A stretch of DNA of 64,000 nt, from positions 45,942,001 to 46,006,000 of the forward strand of contig NC_043014.1 in the NCBI RefSeq assembly GCF_006345805.1, in the 5' to 3' direction. Below the pieces are notes generated by a model that was not told the DNA's origin, did no database searches, and saw nothing but the letters and a program-made list of their open reading frames with translations. Position numbers and translations under genes: made by a program. The stretch is from Octopus sinensis (taxonomy: Eukaryota). How positions within the stretch are numbered: the stretch's first letter is position 1; the number at the start of each line of letters is the position of its first letter. This document shows positions 35,345-46,719 of this stretch, piece after piece.

Positions 35345-37070
35345 CCAGGACTAACTTATAGCCCCGGGATTAACTACAACTTGAGAGCCCCAGGACAAGC
35401 TACAACTTATGAGCCCCGGGACTAGCTACAGCTTGAGAGCCCCAGGACTAGCTACAGCTTGAGAGCCCCAGGACTAACTACAGCTTGAGAGCCCAGGGAT
35501 TAACTACAACTTGAGAGCCCCGGGATTAACTACAACTTGAGAGCCCCGGGATTAACTACAACTTGAGAGCCCCGGGATTAACTACAACTTGAGAGCCCCT
35601 GGACTAACTACAACTTGAGAGCCCCGGGACTAACTACAACTTAAGAGCCCCGGGACTAACTACAACTTAAGAGCCCCGGGACTAACTACAACTTATGAGC
35701 CCCGGGACTAACTACAACTTAAGAGCCCCGGGATTAACTACAACTTGAGATCCCCGGGACTAACTACAACTCGAGAGCCCCGGGACTAACTACAACTTAT
35801 GAGCCCCGGGACTAACTACAACTTATGAGCCCCGGGACTAACTACAACTAAGAGCCCCGGGATTAACTACAACTTGAGAGCCCCGGGACTAACTACAAAT
35901 CGAGAGCCCCGGGACTAACTACAAATCGAGAGCCCCGGGACTAACTACAAATCGAGAGCCCCGGGACTAACTACAACTTAAGTGCCCCGGGACTAACTAC
36001 AACTTATGAGCCCCGGGACTAACCACAACTTGAGAGCCCCGGGACTAACTACAACTTGAGGGCCCCTGGACTAACTACAACTTGAGACCCCGGATTAACT
36101 ACAACTGAGAGCCCCGGGACTAACTACAACTTAGAGCCCCGGGATTAACTACAACTTGAGAGCCCCAGGACAAGGTACAACTTATGAGCCCCGGGACTAA
36201 CTACAACTTGAGAGCCCCAGGACTAACTACAACTCGAGAGCCCCGGGACTAACTACAACTTGAGAGCCCCGGGACTAACTACAACTTAAGAGCCCCGGAC
36301 TAACTACAACTCGAGAGCCCCGGGACTACTACAACTTAAGAGCCCCGGACTAACTACAACTTATGAGCCCCGGGACTAACTACAACTTAAGAGCCCCGGG
36401 ATTAACTACAACTTGAGATCCCCGGGACTAACTACAACTCGAGAGCCCCGGGACTAACTACAACTTATGAGCCCCGGGACTAACTACAACTTATGAGCCC
36501 CGGGACTAACTACAACTTAAGAGCCCCGGGATTAACTACAACTTGAGAGCCCCGGGACTAACTACAAATCGAGAGCCCCGGGACTAACTACAAATCGAGA
36601 GCCCCGGGACTAACTACAAATCGAGAGCCCCGGGACTAACTACAACTTAAGTGCCCCGGGACTAACTACAACTTATGAGCCCCGGGACTAACCACAACTT
36701 GAGAGCCCCGGGACTAACTACAACTTGAGGGCCCCTGGACTAACTACAACTTGAGAGCCCCGGGATTAACTACAACTTGAGAGCCCCGGGACTAACTACA
36801 ACTTAGAGCCCCGGGATTAACTACAACTTGAGAGCCCCAGGACAAGGTACAACTTATGAGCCCCGGGACTAACTACAACTTGAGAGCCCCAGGACTAACT
36901 ACAACTCGAGAGCCCCGGGACTAACTACAACTTGAGAGCCCCGGGACTAACTACAACTTAAGAGCCCCGAGACTAACTACAACTTGAGAGCCCCGGGATT
37001 AACTACAACTTAAGAGCCCCAGGACTAACTACAACTTATGAGCCCCGGGACTAACTACAACTTAAGAGCC
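35345..37070. repeat. 26-bp minisatellite, ~66 units, with a ~670-bp higher-order duplication
   Basis: Consensus GAGCCCCGGGACTAACTACAACTT(GA/AA/AT); rare variants repeat at 668-672 bp spacing (35747/36415; 36170/36842). Confidence 0.95.
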
Positions 37071-37074
37071 TCCT

Positions 37075-37799
37075 TTTAGGGTCGATAAAATATGTATCAG
37101 TGGCACACTGGGGTCGATGTAATCAATTTACTCATCCTCCCAAATTGTTGGTCTTGTACCAAAGTTTGGAATGCCGCTAAGCATTCTGCATGGCGTGCTT
37201 ACGATTCTTATTTCTTCACTGCCCACAAGGGGCTAAATATAGAGGGGACAAACAAGCACATTAAATCGATTACATCGACCCCAGTGCGTAACTGGTACTT
37301 AATTTATCCACCCAGAAAGGATGAAAGGCAAAGTCGACCTCGGCGGAATTTGAACTCGCAACGTAACGGCAGACGAAATACCTATTTCTCTACTACCCAC
37401 AAGGGGCTAAACACAGAGAGGAAAAACAAGGACAGACAAACGGATGAAGTCGATTATATCGACTCCAGTGCGTAACTGGTACATATTTAATCGACCCCGA
37501 AAGGATGAAAGGCAAAGTCGACCTCGGCGGAATTTGAACTCAGAACGCAGCGGCAGACGAAATACTTATTTCTTTACTACCCACAAGGGGCTAAACACAG
37601 AGAGGACAAACAAGGACAGACAAACGGATTAAGTCAATTATAAAACGACCCCAGTGCGTAACTGGTACTTAATTTATCGACCCCGAAAGGATGAAAGGCA
37701 AAGTCGACCTCGGCGGAATTTGAACTCAGAACGTAACGGCAGACGAAATACCGCTAAGCATTGCACCCGTCGTGCTAACGATTCTGCCAGCTCGCCGCC
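37075..37799 (-). mobile_element. SINE-B trimer plus adjacent B fragments
   Basis: Three bodies and a complete head (CTGCCAGCTCGCCGCC) at 37785-37799; a short + strand B fragment at 37075-37130. Confidence 0.87.
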
Positions 37800-37997
37800 T
37801 AACTCGCTAACCCTTATAACAATAGTTTCTGATTCAGACAGGTCAGCAATTTGGAGCGAGTGGGAAATTGATAGATTACATCAACTCTAGTACAAGGATG
37901 GAACCTTATTTTATCGACGTCTGAGAGACAATAAGCGAAATTGAGATTTGGTTATTTTTTTTTTAAGGTCAAATGACCAACAGAAGCTTCCACTATC

Positions 37998-38218
37998 TGT
38001 TTCTTTACTACCCGCAAGGGGCTAAACATAGAGGGGACAAACAAGGACAGACAAACGGATTAAATCGATTACATCGACCCCAATGCGTAACTGGTACTTT
38101 ATTTATCGACCTCGAAAGGATGAAAGGCAAAGTCGACCTCGGCGGAATTTGAACTCAGAACGTAACGGCAGACGAAATACGACTACGCATTTCGCCCGGC
38201 GTGCTAACGTTTCTGCCA
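37998..38218 (-). mobile_element. SINE-B monomer
   Basis: Flanked by CAGAAGCTTCCACTATC on both sides (TSD). Confidence 0.9.
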
Positions 38219-38584
38219 GAAGCTTCCACTATCATGACACATTTCGGTTTAAAAGAAGAGATTTTGAAATATTTCATTGTTTCCTGTGACATTTCTAACA
38301 TTCTAGAGTGGCACACTGCCTTGAGATTGCGCTATCGTTCATGACGGATTATATCGTGTTTTATCATTCCTTGTATCGTCACTGTGGAACACAAAGTAGG
38401 ACCAGGCTATATCTGATTGCCCAGAGATAACGTATTTATTTTGCTTATGTCATAAAACTACATGACAAATGCAGGTTTCAAGTCAGCACTGGAATAGGGC
38501 AAAAACTGGAGAGCCTTTAGTTAAAAAGCAGAAAAAAGGGCAACGTCTGACAGCTTAGATTAATAACAATGAAACGAAAGATCG

Positions 38585-39184
38585 GGATCTTTTCGGTTTG
38601 AACGGCAGTTTTTTTTAATAATGTCCACGTAACTAAACACTTTTAAACTTCGTATACTGGTAGAATGTGTTTATAAAACATCTTTTTCTCTTGGCTTTAT
38701 TGAGAAGATTCTATAGTTTGTAAGATATTTGCTGTTTTTCTCTTTCAATTTCTGCAATTTCAACCAATCAATGACGTCTATTGAGGTAAAAAAGCATTCT
38801 GTGCCGTATGAATATGTCCCTCATTTAATAAACAGATTGGGTTTATTTACATTTCTGAAGAAAAAAAAGAAACTCTCTCCCCACCCCTAACCCTAAAACA
38901 GATTGAACTGCAATAGATCGATACCAGGGTCATAATTATAGGTGACAATTTCATATGACATCAATGACGTCTATTGAGGTAAAAAAAAAACATTCTGTGC
39001 CGTATTAATATGTCCCTCATTTAAGAAAGAGATTGGGTTTATTTACATTTGTGAAGAAAAAAGATACCCTTCCCCCAACCCTAACACAAATTGAAATGCA
39101 ATAGATCGATACCAGGGTCATAATTATGGGTGACAATTTCATATGACACCGCTAGAAAAACTGCCGTTGAAACCTTAAAGATCC
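38585..39184 (+). mobile_element. MITE-D with internal 193-bp tandem duplication
   Basis: 8-bp TSD AAAGATCG; TCAATGACGTC at 38768 and 38961. Confidence 0.92.
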
Positions 39185-39429
39185 AAAGATCGGAATCAGA
39201 GAGTTACAGGAGAAACAAATCATCAGTATAAAATGTTACCTTCGCATACACCACACACACAAAGTTTTTAATTGCCCCCTCTCATACTTTACCCCTGTAA
39301 TATCAGAAAGAAAAAGGAATCATCAGCATCGTTATGATTAACCCTTTTGATACCAAGCTGCTCTGGTTCTATGAAGGAAGCTTGCTGTCCTTCCCACCAA
39401 TATTTTATATAAATCTTTAATCTTTTAAT

Positions 39430-39822
39430 CTTTTACTTGTTTCAGTCATTTGACTGTGGCCATGCTGGAGCGCCGCCTTTAGTCGAGCAAATCGACCCCA
39501 GGACTTATTCTTTGTAAGCCTACTTACTTATTCTATCAGTCTCTTTTGCCGAACCGCTAAGTTACGGGGACGTAAACACACCAGCATCAGTTGTCAAGCG
39601 ATGTTGGGGGGACAAACTCAGATACACAAACATATACACACACATATATACATATATACGACGGGCTTCTTTCAGTTTCCGTTTACCAAATCCACTCACA
39701 AGGCTTTGGTCGACCCGAGGCTATAGTAGAAGACACTTGCCCAAGGGGCCACGCAGTGGGACTGAACCCGGAACCATGTGGTTGGTAAGCAAGCTACTTA
39801 CCACGCAACCACTCCTACGCCT
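39430..39822 (-). mobile_element. SINE-A
   Basis: Full layout on the minus strand. Confidence 0.88.
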
Positions 39823-40878
39823 AATTTATATTATTTTTCAAACACCAGCTTAATAAGGACAGAGTGATTTTACTAAGTCCTACATTATTTTCAAAATTAA
39901 TTGAAACAACGGCAGAAATATGGTAACAAAACGGTTAATATGGCGGCGAGGTGACTGAACCGTTAGAGCGTCGAAAAAGTAGCTCGCGGTATTACTTCCG
40001 GCTTTTTACGTTCGGAGTTTAATAACAGTCGAGATTACTTCGCCGGCCGTAAGATCGCCAAAAGGACCTTACCCGGGCTTGCGCTTACATGGGTAGATGC
40101 ACAGCCAAAAAATGACCGGTGGCGGTCCCACACAAACACACACAATTGGTTTTATTGGTTGAATAAACCGCCAGCTGAAGGCTAAAGTACCAATTTTACA
40201 ACAAATCTTACTCTATTTTCAGTAATGAATGAGAGTGTGTGTGTGTGTGTGTGAGTGAGTGAGTGAGAGTGAGTGAGTGAGTCAGAAAGAGAGAGAGATG
40301 TTGTGGTATTAGTAAAAGCCCGTCAGTCATGATTGAACGTGTGCGAGTGTATGTTTTGACTGTTCATCTGTGTCAAGCAGATGGAAGGCAATGTCGCACA
40401 CTCACTCATGACGTCATAGACTTTTACCGAAAGACTGTCGCGTGCGTGCGTGCGTGCGTGCGTGTTGTGAATTTGATGTGTTAAATGTGTACATATGTTT
40501 CTGTAATAAATGTATTCGGTAAAACACACCGCCACCTTTCGCACCAGAATATTAATTAAAACATACCTACAGGTGTGATTGAATTAATTAATCGCACCTT
40601 GGAATAGATGAGATGAAAAGCCAGCGAAAACATTTCGAACGCAGTTCTTTACGAATGTTTCATGGAGCAAAGATTCGGTTTAAGGACAATATTGTCCTTA
40701 AACCGAATCCTTGCTCCATGAAACATAACTCAACTTACATCGTTTCGAGTTATCTTCTTTTTTACTTTACGTCGGGTTTTTTTCTTCTTTTTAAGAAATT
40801 AATTAATGGAGAAAAAAAATCTCAACTTCAGTCGATTTATCCAATGAATTTATTTCAAAGAATAAATAAACTTATTTG

Positions 40879-41240
40879 GGATCTTTTCGGTTTGAACGGC
40901 AGTTTTTTAAAATAATTTCCACGTAACTAAACACTTTTAAACTTCGTATACTGGTAGAATGTGTTTACAAAACATCTTTTTCTCTTGGCTTTATTGAGAA
41001 AATTCAATGACGTCTATTCAGGTAAAAAAACATTCTGTGCCGTATGAATATGTCCCTCGTTTAAGAAACAGATTGGGTTTATTTACATTTGTGAAGAAAA
41101 AAAGATACCCTTCCCCCCAACCATAACCCTAACCCTAAAACAGATTGAAATGTAATAGATCGATACTAGGGTCATAATTATGGGTGACAATTTCATATGA
41201 CACCGCTAGAAAAAAACTGCCGGCCAAACCGAAAAGATCC
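40879..41240 (+). mobile_element. MITE-D with internal deletion
   Basis: 8-bp TSD CTTATTTG. Confidence 0.94.
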
Positions 41241-41908
41241 CTTATTTGAAAGTATATAAAAAAAACATCTAAAAATCAATACTGAAGTGGAAAAATTGAA
41301 TTATAATACATAGGAAGTTTATTAACGTAGATATAATAAACTAATAATTTTTTTATTAAATGTTCTTTTTCTTTCCTTGTTGAGTTCGTTGTTTTTCAAG
41401 TCTTCGAACCACTTAAGTTGAGACATGCCTGTATCTGCAATGCACTTTTATACAGACATTTCTTGATAATATACATTACAGAATAAAAACTAAGCAAAAA
41501 CACTTCAACGCAAATCTGTTTTAAAGTAGATTGTAAAATTTATACTAGACACTATGGTTCTGAGAAATATTCGGCGCGTTTGTGACGTCACGGGCTTTTA
41601 CGCTTAAACCAAGCGAACACATTTCATGCATATTCGGGAAAGGTCGTTGACTGGGTTTTGCTCATATTTGAAACGAATTCTTTTATCTTTTTTACTTGTT
41701 TCAATCGTTGAACTGCAGCCAAGCTGGGGCACAGAGCCTTCAAGGGCTTAGTACAGCGTTTCTCGACCGTTTTATTATTATTATTTATTTATGGACCCGT
41801 TTAATCCTTATTTGCTTCAGAAGGATCATCATAACACCGATGTTTAAAAAAAAAATCCAATAGTATTTTTATAAGTGAATATTACGAATTGCATAGAGAG
41901 AAAAAAAG

Positions 41909-42316
41909 GGATCTTTTCGGTTTGAACGGCAGTTTTTAACATAATTTCTAGGTAACTAAAAAATTTTAGACTTCGTATACTGGTAGAAACATCTTTTTCT
42001 CTTGGCTTTATTGAGAAAATTCTATAGTTTGCAGAAATTGAAGAAAAAACAACAACAAATATCTCACAATTTCAACCAATCAATGACGTCCATTGAGGTA
42101 AAAAAAAACAAAAAACATTCTGTGCCGTATGAATATGTCCCTCGTTTAAGAAACAGATTGGGTTTATTTACATTTGTGAAAAAAAAAAAAACCTTCCCTC
42201 CACCCCTAACCCTAAAACAGATTGAAATGCAATAGATCGATACTAGGGTCATAATTATGGGTGACAATTTCCCATGACACCGCTAGAAAAAACTGCCGTT
42301 CAAACCGAAAAGATCC
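41909..42316 (+). mobile_element. MITE-D without TSD; right flank is an inverted copy of the 52.3-52.4 kb flank
   Basis: Both TIRs; 42317-42482 is the reverse complement of ~52275-52442; extra TIR fragment at ~42483-42503. Confidence 0.88.
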
Positions 42317-43004
42317 CCAATTATTAATATTCTTAGAAAGGAGTCGATTAGCTCAATTGTTAAGCACATCGAAAAGAAAAAAAAAAACAACTTTGTGGTA
42401 TTTGTCCTAGCTCTACGTTCTGAGTTCAAATACCGCTGGGGTCAACTTTGTTTTTCGTTTTTTCGGGGTCAGTAAAATAAAGCCGTTCAAACCGAAAAGA
42501 TCACCAGTTTAATGAGCATAAATTTTAACGAACAATTTTAACAACAAAATCTTATATGAACCCCGGTTGAGAACCACTGGATTAGTCGAATAAATCGACC
42601 CAAGAACTCGTGTTTTTAAAGCTTAGTACTTATTCTCTCGGCCGCTTATGACCTTCCTTTATGAAAACAGCAGTGTGGTCTGAAAGAGATTTAGCTGCTA
42701 TTTTAGACTGCTTAATGGCTGCCTTGGTAGCACTTAACGTCAATACATTTTCAAATAAGCTTATGGTCAAAAGTGTCTGTATAAAAGATGGGCTACGGTC
42801 ACCACATCTTTTATACCACAGGTTCTCAAAGTGGGTGTTGAGAGGGTCCAGATGAGTGTTTGGTGTCTAAGAAGGCAGTGGATTGGGGGACGCTTATGAA
42901 TTTATAATATTATTATAGCGTTGTATACAAATTATATAACATTATATTAAATATCAAATGAATCATAGTATATATAAATTAGTAAAATATAAAAATTTTA
43001 TTTA

Positions 43005-43378
43005 TAGTGGCTGTGTGGTAAGAAGCTTGCTAACCAACCACATGGTTCCGGATTCAGTCCCACTGCGTGGCATCTTGGGCAAGTGTCTTCTGATATAGCG
43101 CCGGGCCGACCAATGCCTTGTGAGTGGATTTGGTAGACGGAAACTGAAAGAAGCCTGTCGTATATATTTATATATATATGTGTGTGTGTGTTTGTGTGTC
43201 TGTGTTTGTCCCCCTAGCATTGCTTGACAACCGATGCTGGTGTGTTTACGTCCCCGTCACTTAGCGGTTCGGCAAAAAAGAGACCGATAGAATAAGTACT
43301 GGGGTTGATTTGCTCGACTAAAGGCGGTGCTCCAGCATGGCCGCAGTCAAATGACTGAAACAAGTAAAAGAGTAACAG
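43005..43378 (+). mobile_element. SINE-A
   Basis: Head to AAAGAGT tail. Confidence 0.88.
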
Positions 43379-43804
43379 TATACATAAGAATAGGGGCGAG
43401 GGTATTATGTGTCCATAAGGGCGGCGGAGACCCCAAAAGTTTGGAAACCGCTGTTTTATACAGATAGTATATTCATGAATATGTCACGGATCTTTAAAAA
43501 TTATTTTTTAAATCTGTCGGTCAAAAGGTAAAGATTCTATGTCACTTCTTTTATAAAAACGTTACGATACAGTTTAAAGGAAATTTGGTTGCGGAACCCC
43601 TTATGGCCCTTTATGATTCTTTGTATTTCTTTCAACTGGTTTCTGTCCTAGTTTTTGCCATTTCTACCAATCTTTTTTTTCCATTAAACATTTCAGACAA
43701 TATTATCTCAAGTGATAACAGAATAAAAAAATAAAATAAAAAAGAGAAAAAAAGTGCTATCATTATTTGATATTCGAGAATGGTTGTAGCAGTCAGTACC
43801 TTTG

Positions 43805-44192
43805 CTTTTTACTTATTTCAGTCATTAGACTGCGGCCAAGCTGGGGCACCGCTTTGAAGAATTTTAGTCGAACACAGCTTAAGGGTTTCATTTGAAACAC
43901 ACACACATATATATATATATCAAGCGATGTTGGGGGGACAAACACAGACACACACACACACACACACGACGGGCTTCTTTCAGTTTCCGTCTACCAAATC
44001 CACTCACAAGGCTTTGGTCGGCCCGAGGCTATAGTAGAAGACACTTGCCCAAGGTGCCACGCAGTGGGACTGAACCCGGAACCATGTGGTTCGTAAGCAC
44101 AGGTCTCTTTTGCCGAACCGCTAAGTTACGAGGACGTAAACACAGCAGTATCGGTTGACAAGCGATGTTGAGGAGACAAGCACAGACACACA

Positions 44193-44227
<35 letters not shown>

Positions 44228-44781
44228 TGGCACTCCGTCGGTTACGACGACGGTCTCAGTTGATCCGGTCAACGGAACAGCCTGCTCGTGAAATTCACGT
44301 GCAAGAGGCTGAGCACTCCACAGACACGTGGACCGTTAACGTAGTTCTCGGGGAGATTCAGCGTGACACAGAGTGTGACAAGGCTGGCTGGCCCTTTGAT
44401 ATACAGGTACAACAGAAACAAGAAGAAAGAGTGGGAGAAAGTTGTGGTGAAAGAGTACAGGAGGGTTCACCAGCAATCCCTGCCGGAGCCTCGTGGAGCT
44501 TTAGGTGTTTTCGCTCAATAAACACTCTCAACGCCCGGCCTAGAAACCAAAACCGCGATCCTACGACCGCGTATCCGCTGCTCTAACCACTGGGCAATTG
44601 CGCCTCCACGACACACACACAACAAGCTTCTTTTCAGTTTCCATCTATAAAATCCACTCACAAGGCTTTAATCGGCCCGAAGTTATACTAGATGACACTT
44701 GCCCATGGTACCACGCTGTGGTACTGAACCCGGAACCATGTGGTTGGTAAGCAAGCTACTTTCCACACAGCCACTCCTGCG

Positions 44782-44827
<46 letters not shown>

Positions 44828-45000
44828 TACACTGATGCTGGTGTGTTTACGTCCCCGTAACCTAGCGGTTCGGCAAAAAGAGACCGATAGAGTATGTACT
44901 AGGCTTACAAAGAATAAGTCCTGGGGTCGATTTGCTCGACTAAAGGCGGTGCTCCAGCATGGCCACAGTCAAATGACTGGAACAAGTAAAAGAGTAAAAG
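43805..45000. mobile_element. Nest of SINE-A fragments with a C/H chimeric SINE (44225-44610, minus strand)
   Basis: A pieces at ~43805-43870, 43920-44100, 44100-44220, 44620-44785 (-) and 44835-45000 (+); the insert has a C head and an H type-3 tail. Confidence 0.8.
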
Positions 45001-45451
45001 AAAATGAGAGAGTAACCGTCAAATGAGGCTGATTTTATTTGTTTATTCAGTTAGTTATCAAACCGGATGTTTTCACAATGCAATATATTTTGCGACACAA
45101 GACAAACACAGCTGTACGTAAGATACGCCGTCACAGGTACACACAATGATAATACTCTACTTTCACTTTCAAATGGTCGCAGTTATTTTCACTTTGTCTG
45201 CCATATTAAATGCACAAAGAAAGAAAGACCGCCAGTAAGCTAATGACACGAGGTTTTTACAAATATGAACGTGAACATTTTAACTTAGGAGTCTTTGTAC
45301 CAGAGGACCAGAGACCCTGTCCTCAGCCGGGTTGGAATCAAAACGACTACACGGCCACATTCTCTGGAACATTTTAGAAGACGGGCGAGGAAATCGGTTT
45401 AGAATGAACACGGTGGTTGTTATGACTATGATGTTATTGTGATGACTATAG

Positions 45452-46110
45452 GGTGGCGAGCTGGCAGAATCGTTAGCACGCCGGGTGAAATGCATAGCAG
45501 TACTCGCGCATCCACGCTGGCTAGTCGTGACTAGTCGATCTTTACTTTGTGTTTTTGTGTTTTATTTACTTTGTTTTAAAAAAATTATTTACTTTGTGTA
45601 AAATAAATTATTTATATGTTTTTATTTACTTGCTAGGTAGTCGTTGTAGGATCGACTAGTCACGACTACTAGCGCGGATGCGCGAGTACGCGAATGTGCG
45701 CACCGGACTACTCTTCTTAAGTAGTACCCCATTAGCTATCTGTCGCAATGCTAGCGGTATTTCGTCTGCTGTTACGTTCTGAATTCAAATCCGCCGAGGT
45801 CGACTTTGCCTTTCATCCTTTCGGGGTCGATAAATTAAGTACCAGTTACGTACTGGGGTCGATGTAATCGACTCAATCCGTTTATCTGTCCTTGTTTGTC
45901 CCCTCTGTGTTTAGCCCCTTGTGGGTAGTAAAGAAAATAAATAGGTATTTCGTCTGCCGTTACGTTCTGAGTTCAAATTCCGCCGGGGTCGACTTTGCCT
46001 TTCATCCTTTCGGGGTCGATAAATTAAGTACCGATGAAACACTGGGGTCGATGTAATCGACTTACTCCCTCCCCCAAAATTTCAGGCCTTGTGCCTAAAG
46101 TAGAAAGGTG
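45452..46110 (+). mobile_element. SINE-B dimer interrupted by a 246-bp templated insertion
   Basis: Head 45452-45498, insertion 45500-45745, bodies resume at GGTATTTCG; junction AAATAGGTATTTCG at ~45940. Confidence 0.88.
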
Positions 46111-46719
46111 TATAGAAGAAAATTCATTCGAGGGTGGACTGCCTGTTATTTCTAGCAGGTTGAACGACCGTATAGAGGTCTCTTGCGCAGGAAGCCAGTT
46201 TATTATATTTATTTATTTAGCAAACTTATTGTAGATCAAGCCACGCTGGAGCAGCGCTGTCGTGACGTAAAAGATAATAGAAGCATTCGATAGTGCCTAC
46301 ATTCAAATAAATGCTTTCACAAGCAATAAACACACACAAAGAGAGATATACTCACATATCAAGAGAGAGAGACACACTGCTAAAGAGAAACACGTGTACA
46401 CACACACAAAAAGTCTCTCACACACTGACATAAGATAGGCATAAGCCATACACACAGACAAAGAGTATGAACAGAGACATACACAAGCAAATACACAATG
46501 GAAATTCAGTCTGACTGACTGATGTGCACGTGTTAAGGCACACGTATTTCCTTTGACCCTCTCTCTCTCTCTCTCTTACTCACACTCTTTTAGATAGAAA
46601 CACACACACGAACAACACTTTGCTAGAAACTAAGCCGGCAACAAAGCATTTGTCAATGTTATAAATATATATACTACGTCTCTCTCTCTGACTTGACAAA
46701 CACACAGATAAATAAATAC

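Noticed and set aside
35345-37070. CRISPR-like array
   Set aside because: Units are contiguous 26-mers with only 2-4 variable bases, no unique spacers and no cas genes, in a eukaryotic context; every frame hits stops.
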